A DNA stretch of 64,000 nucleotides from NCBI GenBank assembly GCA_017446045.1, contig JAFSRP010000054.1, positions 30,852 to 94,851 on the forward strand, given 5' to 3'. Within the stretch, counting starts at the first letter, position 1; each line of letters begins with the position of its first letter. Source of the stretch: Lachnospiraceae bacterium (lineage in GTDB: Bacteria > Bacillota > Clostridia > Lachnospirales > Lachnospiraceae). The position numbers were made by a program, and so were the translations under genes. Below are positions 38,281 through 46,412 of this stretch, piece by piece. The notes beneath the pieces are model-generated. The model saw only the letters and a program-made list of their open reading frames with translations, made no database searches and was not told where the DNA came from.

Positions 38281-39351
38281 TCAGACGACCGGAACGATCC
38301 AGCCGAATCTGTCCTCAGCCTTGCCCCACTGGATGCTGGTGATCTCGTCATACAGATGCTGGGTGTACGGGCCGATCTTGCCGCCGTTGAACTCGTACTC
38401 CTTGCCTTCCGCATAGAGCCAGCCGACCGGGGAAACGACCGCCGCGGTACCGCAGCCCCATGCCTCCTCGAGCTTGCCGGCCTCGGCCGCGTCGATGATC
38501 TCCTGAAGGGTGATCTTGCGCTCCTCTACCGGAATGCCTTCGCTGCGTACGAGCTCCAGGATGCTCTTGCGGGTAATGCCGGGAAGGATGGAACCGTCGT
38601 CAAGTGCCGGAGTGATGACCTTGCCGTCGATCTTGAACATCATGTTCATGGAGCCGACTTCTTCAACGTACTTGCGCTCTACGCCATCCAGCCAGAGAAC
38701 CTGGGTGTATCCCTTTGCCTCTGCCAGCACGGATGCGCGCTGGGATGCCGCATAGTTGCCGCCGCACTTTGTATAGCCTGTGCCGCCTCTGACAGCGCGG
38801 ACATCGCTCTCCTCAACCATGATCCTGACCGGGTTGAGGCCTTCCGGATAATACATGCCCGAAGGCGCGAGGATGATCATGAAGACCGCATGACGAAGGG
38901 TGTGCAGGCCAACATTCGAATCATCGCCGAAAATGACCGGACGGATGTACAGGGAAGTGCCCTCGGTATGCGGTACCCAGTCCTTATCCAGGCTGACCAG
39001 CGCAAGGACAGCTTCTACGAAATCGTCAGGATCCACTTCCGGAACACCGATACGGTCCGCGGAATTCTTGAGACGGTTGGCGTTCTCATAGGGACGGAAC
39101 AGCTGGATCTTGCCCTCCGCGGTGCGATACGCCTTCAAGCCTTCGAATACCTCCAGCGCATAGTGCAGCGCGGTGCAGGCCGGGCTTAAAGAAAGCGGTC
39201 CGTAGGGAACAATGCGGGCATCATGCCAGCCTCTGTCAATGTCCCAGTCCATCAGGAACATATGGTCGGTAAATACCTTGCCAAATCCCAGTTTGGACTC
39301 GTCTGCCGGCTTCTCCTTCGGATTCGGATTCTTCGTGATCTTAATCTCCAT
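38281..39351 (-). CDS. ilvE: branched-chain amino acid aminotransferase (fold type IV)
   Basis: 356 aa. The sequence pattern (LHYALEVFEGLKAY, GTGYTKCGGNYA, EVGSMNMMF, ILPGITR, GTAAVVSPV) is typical of IlvE. Confidence 0.9.
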   Translation of the reverse strand: MEIKITKNPNPKEKPADESKLGFGKVFTDHMFLMDWDIDRGWHDARIVPYGPLSLSPACTALHYALEVFEGLKAYRTAEGKIQLFRPYENANRLKNSADRIGVPEVDPDDFVEAVLALVSLDKDWVPHTEGTSLYIRPVIFGDDSNVGLHTLRHAVFMIILAPSGMYYPEGLNPVRIMVEESDVRAVRGGTGYTKCGGNYAASQRASVLAEAKGYTQVLWLDGVERKYVEEVGSMNMMFKIDGKVITPALDDGSILPGITRKSILELVRSEGIPVEERKITLQEIIDAAEAGKLEEAWGCGTAAVVSPVGWLYAEGKEYEFNGGKIGPYTQHLYDEITSIQWGKAEDRFGWIVPVV

Positions 39352-39439
39352 AGTTACTTAACCTCCATGTGAAACTTCCATTTATTATCGTGCCGGCAAG
39401 TGCTGGCAGTGTGTACACAGACTGATCTCATTCTCCGGA

Positions 39440-39513
39440 GAAAGATTCCACCGTGCTGCTGTATTTGGCTTCACGGGCGGCTCGCCACATATGCAGCACT
39501 GCAGGAATCTTTC
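39440..39513 (-). other. long nested hairpin in the gap between the fusion gene and ilvE
   Basis: On the minus strand: GAAAGAUUCC...GUGCUGC...GGCG-AGC-CGCC...GCAGCAC...GGAAUCUUUC. The stems are 10, 7 and 4 bp. No U-tract follows. Confidence 0.4.
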
Positions 39514-39525
39514 ATCCTTCAGCAT

Positions 39526-42051
39526 TTACTTTCTGGCGATCCCCAACTCCTCACAGGCCGCTTCCCGCATCTTATATTTCAGGATCTTGCCAGCCGCGTT
39601 CATCGGGAAAGCATCGGTAAACCTAATATACTTCGGAACTTTGTGCCGCGCAAGTCTCGAAACCGTGAATTCCCGCATTTCCGGCTCGGTGAGCTTCGAC
39701 CCTTCCTTCAGGATGATGCAGGCCATGGCTTCCTCTCCGTAGCGTTCGTCCGGCACGCCGATGACGGCGGCATCCTGTACATCCGGATGGGTCAGCAGGA
39801 ATTCTTCGATCTCCTTGGGGTACATATACTCGCCGCCGCGGATGATCATATCCTTTAAACGTCCCGTGATCCGGTAGTTGCCGTCCTTATCCCGGCAGGC
39901 CAGGTCACCGGAGTGCAGCCAGCCTTCGTTGTCTACGGTATCACGGGTCTCCTCGGGCATCTTGTAGTAGCCCTTCATGGTGTTGTAACCCTTGGAGCAG
40001 AACTCACCGTTGACGCCATCGGGTACTTCCTCACCGGTCTCGGGATCGATGACCTTGCACTGGACGTGCGGGAAATCATAACCGACCGTCTCGGTACGAA
40101 GTTCCAGGCTGTCTGTCCATGCAGACATGGTAGATCCCGGAGAAGATTCTGTCTGGCCGTAGACCGAAACGATGCCCGTCATGTTCATCTCATCCGGCTG
40201 TGCCGCACGGCGCATCAGCTCCGGAGGACATCCCGCACCTGCCATGATGCCGGTCCGCATATGGGAGAAATCCGTTTTGCGGTAGTCTTCATGATTGAAC
40301 ATGGCAATGAACATCGTCGGTACGCCGTTGAAACAGGTGATGCGTTCCTGCCGGATGCATGCCAGAGAGGTCTTGGCAGAGAAATATGGCATCGGACACA
40401 TCGTTGCACCGTGTGTCATGGACGATGTCATGGAAAGCACCATGCCGAAGCAGTGGAACATCGGCACCTGGATCATCATACGGTCCGCGGTGGAAAGGCC
40501 CATACGGTCGCCGATACATTTGCCATTGTTGACAACATTATAATGCGTCAGCATGACGCCCTTGGGGAACCCCGTGGTACCGGAAGTGTACTGCATGTTG
40601 CAGACGTCGTCCGGCCGTACATGGGACGCCATCCGGTAGACCTCTTCTACCGGTACGGAATCCGCGCGGGCAAATGCCTCTTCAAAGGTGAGGCACCCCG
40701 GCATGCGGAATCCCGATGTAATAACGTTGCGCAGGAACGGCAGGCGCTTGCAGTGAAGCGGCTGTCCGGGCTTTGCTTTCGCGATCTCGGGACAGAGTTC
40801 ATTGATGATGTCACGGTAATTGGAATCCAGCGCACTCTCGATCATGACGAGCGTATGCGTATCCGACTGGCGCAGCAGGTATTCCGCCTCATGGATCTTA
40901 TACGCCGTATTGACCGTCACCAGAACCGCCCCGATCTTGGTGGTCGCCCAGAATGTGATATACCAGGCGGGTACATTGGTCGCCCAGATCGCCACCTTGG
41001 ATCCCGCCCTGACCCCCATGGAGATGAGCGCGCGGGCGAACGTATCTACATCCTCCCGGAACTCCTCGTAGGTCCTTGTATAATCAAGCGTCGTATACTT
41101 GAAGCAATACTGGTTCGGGAACTCTTCCACCATCCGGTCCAGGACCTCAGGGAAGGTCAGGTTGATCAGTTCATCCTTCTTCCAGACGTACTGTCCGGTT
41201 CCGTCGTGGTTCAGATACCGAGTACGCTTCTTGCCGCGTGTATCCTCATAGCGGTTCATATAGTTGACAAAGTAGGGGAAGATGATCTCCATATCCTGAA
41301 GATCTTCCATCCAGCTCCGCTTCCATTCCAGTGAGATATAACCGTCGAAATCGATGGAGCTCAGCGCCCGCATGATCCCGTCGATGGGCATGTTGCCCTC
41401 ACCGATCAGGTTGTAGGTGTCCCTGTCGTCGGAATCCCGCATGTGGACGTGACGTACGTACGCGCCCAGGTTGCGGATCGTATCCGCCGGCGACTCGCCT
41501 TTATCGCGATAGGGATGATGAACGTCCCAGAGCGCTGCCAGCTGGTCGCACGCATAATCGTCCATCAGCTCCCGGAGCCTTGCCGTGTCGGAATAAATGC
41601 CGCAGGTCTTCATCAGGATAGCGACCCCGGCTGTTTCCGCATAAGGCAGCAGCGCCTCCAGGTTTTCCCGGACCATGGCTTCATCGTCATATTCCGCCTT
41701 GACGGAAACGTAAGGAACGCCCATGTTGCGGGCAGCATCGATCTGGTCTTTGAGCATCCGGATATAGCTTTCCCGGTCCGAAGCATTGGGGGCGGCATTA
41801 CCGACACCGCCGTCCTGCATGCTGATATCGATCGAAGTGTCAAAGACCGGGATCTCGAGTTTCTTTTCCCTTAAACCTCTCGCTGTTGCCTGTGTATTGT
41901 ATCTGTGGAAGGGGCCGCCGCGCTGGATCAGTTCCGGTGTCTGGTGAAGATTATATACCTCGATTCCCTGAAAATGCATATCGACCGCGATCTCCTGCAT
42001 TTCCTCCCAGCTGATCTCCGTCCAGCCGCGTGTTGAAAACGAAAGCTTCAT
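39526..42051 (-). CDS. fusion protein: N-terminal xylose-isomerase-like TIM barrel (sugar-phosphate isomerase/epimerase family, about aa 1-275) plus C-terminal AMP-forming acyl-CoA synthetase/ligase (ANL superfamily, about aa 300-841)
   Basis: The N-domain has the AP_endonuc_2-like pattern (WDVHHP, HVHMRDS, YISLEW). The C-domain has ANL motifs YTSGTTGFPKGV, GYYKMPEET, WLHSGD, GRLKDMIIRGGE and PMNAAGKILK. It is a single uninterrupted ORF starting 11 nt after the upstream gene's stop. Confidence 0.8.
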   Translation of the reverse strand: MKLSFSTRGWTEISWEEMQEIAVDMHFQGIEVYNLHQTPELIQRGGPFHRYNTQATARGLREKKLEIPVFDTSIDISMQDGGVGNAAPNASDRESYIRMLKDQIDAARNMGVPYVSVKAEYDDEAMVRENLEALLPYAETAGVAILMKTCGIYSDTARLRELMDDYACDQLAALWDVHHPYRDKGESPADTIRNLGAYVRHVHMRDSDDRDTYNLIGEGNMPIDGIMRALSSIDFDGYISLEWKRSWMEDLQDMEIIFPYFVNYMNRYEDTRGKKRTRYLNHDGTGQYVWKKDELINLTFPEVLDRMVEEFPNQYCFKYTTLDYTRTYEEFREDVDTFARALISMGVRAGSKVAIWATNVPAWYITFWATTKIGAVLVTVNTAYKIHEAEYLLRQSDTHTLVMIESALDSNYRDIINELCPEIAKAKPGQPLHCKRLPFLRNVITSGFRMPGCLTFEEAFARADSVPVEEVYRMASHVRPDDVCNMQYTSGTTGFPKGVMLTHYNVVNNGKCIGDRMGLSTADRMMIQVPMFHCFGMVLSMTSSMTHGATMCPMPYFSAKTSLACIRQERITCFNGVPTMFIAMFNHEDYRKTDFSHMRTGIMAGAGCPPELMRRAAQPDEMNMTGIVSVYGQTESSPGSTMSAWTDSLELRTETVGYDFPHVQCKVIDPETGEEVPDGVNGEFCSKGYNTMKGYYKMPEETRDTVDNEGWLHSGDLACRDKDGNYRITGRLKDMIIRGGEYMYPKEIEEFLLTHPDVQDAAVIGVPDERYGEEAMACIILKEGSKLTEPEMREFTVSRLARHKVPKYIRFTDAFPMNAAGKILKYKMREAACEELGIARK

Positions 42052-42062
42052 AGTAGGTCAAA

Positions 42063-43478
42063 TCACTCCTGTTCCTCGTAGACGATCTTATTGAGCGCAT
42101 TCATATAGGCGCGGATGCTGGATCCGATAATGTCCGTGGAGATGCCGCGGCCGGAATAGACCTTGCCCTCATGCAGAAGCTTTACCACAGCCTCACCCAT
42201 GGCGTTGCGCCCTTCTGTCACCGTCTGGATCTGAAAATCGTCCAGCTCGTAATGCTGCCCGGTGATCTGTTCTATCGCGAGGAAAGCCGCGTCAATGGGA
42301 CCGTCGCCGAGGGCAACACTCTCCAGCGTCTGCTCTCCTTTCCGGATCTTCAGATGAGCCGTTGCGGTAAGAAGGTTTCCGGAATTGATGACATAGCTTT
42401 CCACTACAAATGTGGCAGGGACCTGCATGGCAGTAGAAGCGATGATAGTGTCGAGTTCGCGTGTGCCGATGCTGCCCTTCTTGGAAACGATGCGAAGGAA
42501 GGCATCATAGACCTTGGAACTGTCTTCTTCGGAAAGATCATAGCCCATCTTTGCGACTTCCTTCATCACGGCAGCCAGATCGTCATGTGCCGTAAGGGCC
42601 ACTCCGTCAGCGACATCCTGAACGCCGTTGTCAAAGGGGTTGGACTTGCTACGGCCGGTCTCGCACATCCAACGGATCTGATCCGTAATGCGCTTCATCT
42701 CCGTCGTGCCGGTCTTGCAGTACGCCTGGCAGAGATCGCTTTTGGCATTCAGTACCTTGACTGCCTTGGCAAGAGAAACGATGTTGACAGGATATGCCGC
42801 CGCTTTGACCTCACCTGCTCCGCGAATGACCGCAGCCACTGCGCATGCGTCTGCCATGGACAGTTCATCGGAACAGCTGACGCCGAGGGTGACATCCTGC
42901 AGAGCGGGAACATTGGCATAAATATGCTCCAGGAAGAGAGAAAATTCCTCCGGCAGCATGGTGCCTGCCGCATCACACACCGTAATGGTCTTTGCGCCCG
43001 CCTGGATCGCGGTGCGGATCGCTTCATACAGGAACTCCGGATCACTGCGGGTCGCATCGTCCGCGATAAATTCCACATCCTCCGTAAGCGCGGCGCAGGC
43101 GGAAACGGTGTCCTCAATGGCAGTCAGCATGTTGTGGGCTTTGAGATGATGGATATATTCCATCTGCGCCGGGCTGATGGCCGCGGGAACCTGCAGACGG
43201 GGATGACGGGCATCCTTCAGGGCCTTCCAGGTCACGCTTACGCTCTCCGGATCCAGTTTTACCGGAACAGCAAGGGAGCTGTTTTTGACAGAAGAGGCGA
43301 TGGATTTGATCCTGAGAGAATCGATCTTGCTCTGTTCGATCCCCTCGGCTTCGATCACTGCGACGCCGAGCCGGTCGAGGAGCTTCGCCATCTCCAGCTT
43401 TTCCTTAAAAGTCAGGGAAACTTCCTTTGTGTTCCCGGACTGTTTCATTGTCACATCACTGATACGAACTTCTCTCAT
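42063..43478 (-). CDS. 2-isopropylmalate synthase/homocitrate synthase-family paralogue with degenerate catalytic motifs and an intact LeuA-dimer (regulatory) domain
   Basis: Collinear similarity to LeuA: KEKLEMAKLLDRLGVAVIEA, EDVEFIADDATRSDPEFL, and C-terminal GDGPIDAAF...GRGISTDIIGSSIRAYMNALNK. However, DTTLRDGEQ is replaced by SDVTMKQSG, and HxHNDxG is replaced by SCSDELS. Confidence 0.75.
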   Translation of the reverse strand: MREVRISDVTMKQSGNTKEVSLTFKEKLEMAKLLDRLGVAVIEAEGIEQSKIDSLRIKSIASSVKNSSLAVPVKLDPESVSVTWKALKDARHPRLQVPAAISPAQMEYIHHLKAHNMLTAIEDTVSACAALTEDVEFIADDATRSDPEFLYEAIRTAIQAGAKTITVCDAAGTMLPEEFSLFLEHIYANVPALQDVTLGVSCSDELSMADACAVAAVIRGAGEVKAAAYPVNIVSLAKAVKVLNAKSDLCQAYCKTGTTEMKRITDQIRWMCETGRSKSNPFDNGVQDVADGVALTAHDDLAAVMKEVAKMGYDLSEEDSSKVYDAFLRIVSKKGSIGTRELDTIIASTAMQVPATFVVESYVINSGNLLTATAHLKIRKGEQTLESVALGDGPIDAAFLAIEQITGQHYELDDFQIQTVTEGRNAMGEAVVKLLHEGKVYSGRGISTDIIGSSIRAYMNALNKIVYEEQE

Positions 43479-43497
43479 AGTATTTCCTTTAAAAACG

Positions 43498-43621
43498 CAT
43501 CCCCTTCGCGCTTCGCGCTCGGCTCGCTCTTTTTTCCTTGTAGTTTTCGCTCCGCCTTCGGGCTGTGCTGCAACTATATGAAACTAGCGCATCCCCTTCG
43601 CGCTTCGCGCTCGGCTCGCTG
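43498..43621. repeat. two identical 32-bp GC-rich direct repeats, 92 bp apart, in the leader of the LeuA-like operon
   Basis: GCATCCCCTTCGCGCTTCGCGCTCGGCTCGCT occurs at 43498-43529 and again at 43590-43621. Each copy contains the tandem heptamer CTTCGCG x2. Copy 2 is bracketed by the 9-bp inverted repeat TATGAAACT / AGTTTCATA (43577-43585 / 43622-43630). Confidence 0.9.
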
Positions 43622-43627
43622 AGTTTC

Positions 43628-43666
43628 ATAATATAATAGGCTCCGTTCCTTTCCGGAAACGAAGCC
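43628..43666 (-). terminator. terminator-like hairpin inside the leader (possible attenuator)
   Basis: On the minus strand: GGCUUCGUUUC-CGGAAA-GGAACGGAGCC (11 bp including G.U pairs) followed by UAUUAUAUUAU. Confidence 0.45.
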
Positions 43667-43710
43667 TTGCTTTCATAACACCTGCAATATTAGTTCAGTA
43701 TCGTTTCCTT

Positions 43711-43795
43711 AACGGCATGAGTTATAAGAGTGTCCCAGCAGTAGGCCACCCAGCAGGAGGGAAACGAGTACTAAATTGCTGATCAAAATGCCGTT
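43711..43795 (-). ncRNA. candidate structured 5'-leader element (unclassified)
   Basis: An 8-bp closing helix AACGGCAU / AUGCCGUU encloses about 70 nt with a CAGCA/UGCUG helix and a CCUCC-UGCUG-GGUGG hairpin. It starts about 15 nt downstream of a good promoter. I recognised no riboswitch or T-box consensus. Confidence 0.3.
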
Positions 43796-43808
43796 CATAA
43801 TAGTGCTA

Positions 43809-43836
43809 ATTATAACCCGTTCTAAAAAAAAGTCAA
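43809..43836 (-). promoter_or_regulatory. sigma-A-type promoter for the LeuA-like operon leader
   Basis: On the minus strand: TTGACT, a 16-nt spacer, then TATAAT. Confidence 0.6.
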
Positions 43837-43909
43837 TGCAAAATATGTATTCATGTATAAAAATACATTAAAACACCCGGGAAAATACATCGGAACGGAC
43901 CCGGACAGC

Positions 43910-44587
43910 TCAATCCGGATACTCCAGGCTCTCTCCCGGCGCAAGCACCCTGACCGGGATCCCGGCGGCGGCTGTCTGCATACATTCCACAAAACGGTCT
44001 GCTGTCTGCTCGATGATGGGGAATGTTCCGTAATGCATGGGAACGACCACACCGGGGCGGATCATCCAGGCTGCCCTGGCAGCATCCTCCGGTCCCATCG
44101 TATAGACATCGCCGATCGGAAGCAGCGCGACGTCGATCCCCTCGTCACGGAGCAGTTCCATATCCTTTGTCAGGGCTGTATCGCCTGCAAAGTATACCCT
44201 TTTTTCTCCGATCTCAAATATAAATCCGCAGGCGAGCGCGCCCGGCACCCCGCTGCCATGAATAGCCGGGACCAGTTTGACAGAACCGAAAGGAAGGTAC
44301 GTCCTGCCGCCGATATTGCCGGGGATCGTCTTTATCCCGCTCTTGCCGAACAGGCTGCCTGTGAGTTCCACCGGTCCGCCGACTTCGGCACTGCAGCGAA
44401 CAGCGATCTCCTCCGTATCTCCGACATGGTCGCCGTGTCCGTGGGAAACAAAGATGTAATCCGTCTCGACCTCCCCGGAATTTACAGCAGCCAGCGGATT
44501 GCCGGAAAGAAACGGGTCGGTCAGTACCCTGTACGTACCGTCATCGAGTAAAAAGCATGCATGTCCCAAAAACGTGATCTTCAGCAT
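43910..44587 (-). CDS. metal-dependent hydrolase, UPF0173 family (metallo-beta-lactamase fold)
   Basis: MLKITFLGHACF N-terminus and the HGHGDH motif. 225 aa. Confidence 0.8.
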   Translation of the reverse strand: MLKITFLGHACFLLDDGTYRVLTDPFLSGNPLAAVNSGEVETDYIFVSHGHGDHVGDTEEIAVRCSAEVGGPVELTGSLFGKSGIKTIPGNIGGRTYLPFGSVKLVPAIHGSGVPGALACGFIFEIGEKRVYFAGDTALTKDMELLRDEGIDVALLPIGDVYTMGPEDAARAAWMIRPGVVVPMHYGTFPIIEQTADRFVECMQTAAAGIPVRVLAPGESLEYPD

Positions 44588-44745
44588 TGCGGCGCCCTCC
44601 TTTAGTCATAACTGTATAGATCGATCCTGCTTCCTGCCGGCATGTGTCCCTTCACGGACAGTTCCGCTCCAGCATCTGCCGTCTTGTTTCACACATCATA
44701 GCACAGGATACCCTTTTTGGAAATACAGACGGAGCTTCCCGGCTG

Positions 44746-45621
44746 TCAAGCCTCACACCAGCGCAAATACCACCAGATACCGAAAATGATCACGGCGCTT
44801 CCAAGCAGTGCCAGCGGCGTGGGTATCTCACCGAAGAACAGCACAGCCAGCAGCGCGGAAAATACCGGCTCTGCAAGCTTGATCGTGCTGACGGTCGCGG
44901 CATTGAAATACTTGAGTCCCCAGCTGAAAATATTGTGCCCCAGAAGAGTGCTTACGACGGCCATGCCGAGCGTCGTAAGCCAGTTGACCGGCTCATATCC
45001 CAGTACAGGCGTACCGCTTGCCTTCAGCACCGTGAACGCCACGCATGCCGTGACCAGATAGATGATCCAGGTATACAGGGTCGTACTGATGTGCTGCCGG
45101 CAGATCCTGCCCATCATGGTGTAGCCTGCCATGGACACGGATGCCACGATCGCCAGAAGGTCCCCCTTCAGCATATGCGATCCCCCGCCGGCGTCATTGA
45201 CCGCCACCATGATGCATCCCGCAAAAGCAATGAAGATACCGATAATACTGCGCGGTGAGATCCGCTCCCCAAACATCAGATAGCCGGCGATCCCCGTAAA
45301 GAAGACCTCAGCATCAGTCAGTAGCACTGCCGACGCGACGCTGGTCGCCCGGACCGCGCTGAAATAACTGAAGAAATGCACTGCCAGAAAAATACCGCTG
45401 ACGATGCAGCAAAGCAGTACATGGCGGTCAAGTGTCTGCAGCTCTTCCCTGTGTTCTTTCTTCATCAGGGTCGGCACGGTCAGGAGCAGGGCGGTGATCG
45501 TCATGCGGTACAGCACAAGCACGGGCGCCGGTGCAGTTGAAAAACGGATAAAGATCGCTGCGAAGGAGATCCCCACAGTGCCGGATAATACGATCAGTTT
45601 TCGAATCGTTGTGTTATTCAT
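44746..45621 (-). CDS. EamA/DMT-family transporter
   Basis: About 10 hydrophobic helices in a two-fold repeat. The size and composition are typical of EamA proteins. Confidence 0.7.
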   Translation of the reverse strand: MNNTTIRKLIVLSGTVGISFAAIFIRFSTAPAPVLVLYRMTITALLLTVPTLMKKEHREELQTLDRHVLLCCIVSGIFLAVHFFSYFSAVRATSVASAVLLTDAEVFFTGIAGYLMFGERISPRSIIGIFIAFAGCIMVAVNDAGGGSHMLKGDLLAIVASVSMAGYTMMGRICRQHISTTLYTWIIYLVTACVAFTVLKASGTPVLGYEPVNWLTTLGMAVVSTLLGHNIFSWGLKYFNAATVSTIKLAEPVFSALLAVLFFGEIPTPLALLGSAVIIFGIWWYLRWCEA

Positions 45622-45769
45622 GATGTCATAAAAGGAAAATATAAAAACAAAGCTGCTTTACCGCATCTTTCATGGACTTGTATTCCGTGCCTGTCTCGGA
45701 TATACTTATTTTAATACCCGGAACTTAAAGGGTACAAATCATGCACACGGAGAGCGGAGGCGTACATCC

Positions 45770-46381
45770 ATGAGTTATAAGATCATAACCATCAGCAGAG
45801 AGTTCGGAAGCGGCGGGCGCACGATCGGCCGCAAGGTCGCGGATGCGCTCGGCATCAAATGCTACGACCGCGAGATCATCGACCAGGTCGCGGATGAAAG
45901 CGGATTTGACCGGGAATATATCAAGGAAAAAGGCGAATATGTACCGCACGGCAGGATCGGCAACCTGATGAACCGCTGGTCTTACTACGGTCCGACCAAT
46001 GAAGAACGGATCTGGCAGATCCAAAGCGATATCATCCTGGATATCGCCGACCGTGAATCCTGCGTGATCGTCGGACGCTGTGCGGATTATCTCCTGAAGG
46101 ACCGCGATGACGTCCTGAAGGTCTTCCTTCATGCGGATATGGCAAACCGTGCAGAACGTATCGTCCGGCTTTACGGCGAGACCGATCAGAAACCGGAGAA
46201 GCGTCTGACAGACAAAGACAAGCAGAGAAAAGCGTATTACCAGATCTACACTGACCTGGAGTATGGCGATGCGCGCAACTACCATCTCTGCCTCAACACG
46301 GGTGCCCTCGGTGAAGCATACTGCGTCAACCTTCTGAAGGATGTTTTCCTGAAGAAGGGACCTGAGCCAAAGGATACCTGA
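45770..46381 (+). CDS. cytidylate-kinase-like family protein (P-loop NTPase-like)
   Basis: ITISREFGSGGRTIGRKVADALG N-terminus, characteristic of the cytidylate-kinase-like family 2 proteins of Clostridia. Confidence 0.7.
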   Translation: MSYKIITISREFGSGGRTIGRKVADALGIKCYDREIIDQVADESGFDREYIKEKGEYVPHGRIGNLMNRWSYYGPTNEERIWQIQSDIILDIADRESCVIVGRCADYLLKDRDDVLKVFLHADMANRAERIVRLYGETDQKPEKRLTDKDKQRKAYYQIYTDLEYGDARNYHLCLNTGALGEAYCVNLLKDVFLKKGPEPKDT

Positions 46382-46412
46382 GGTTCCGGGAACCCGATCC
46401 CTTTTCTGCCTG

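Noticed and set aside
38262-38282. Tandem GATACCGG(C/T)(A/C) x2 overlapping the ilvE stop codon.
   Set aside because: It has only two short units lying mostly just downstream of the ilvE stop codon. It is most simply a chance duplication, and I could attach no structural or regulatory consequence to it.
43479-43836. T-box (tRNA-Leu sensing) interpretation of the LeuA-like leader. I noted AGUA, CCGUUA (F-box-like), GGGUGG, and a CUC-A that could be a Leu specifier.
   Set aside because: The elements are in the wrong order: the GGGUGG precedes the CCGUUA. There is no AGAGA/AG-bulge plus distal-loop pair and no UGGNACC T-box sequence next to the terminator hairpin. The terminator/antiterminator alternative could not be drawn. 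I keep the region only as an unclassified structured leader.
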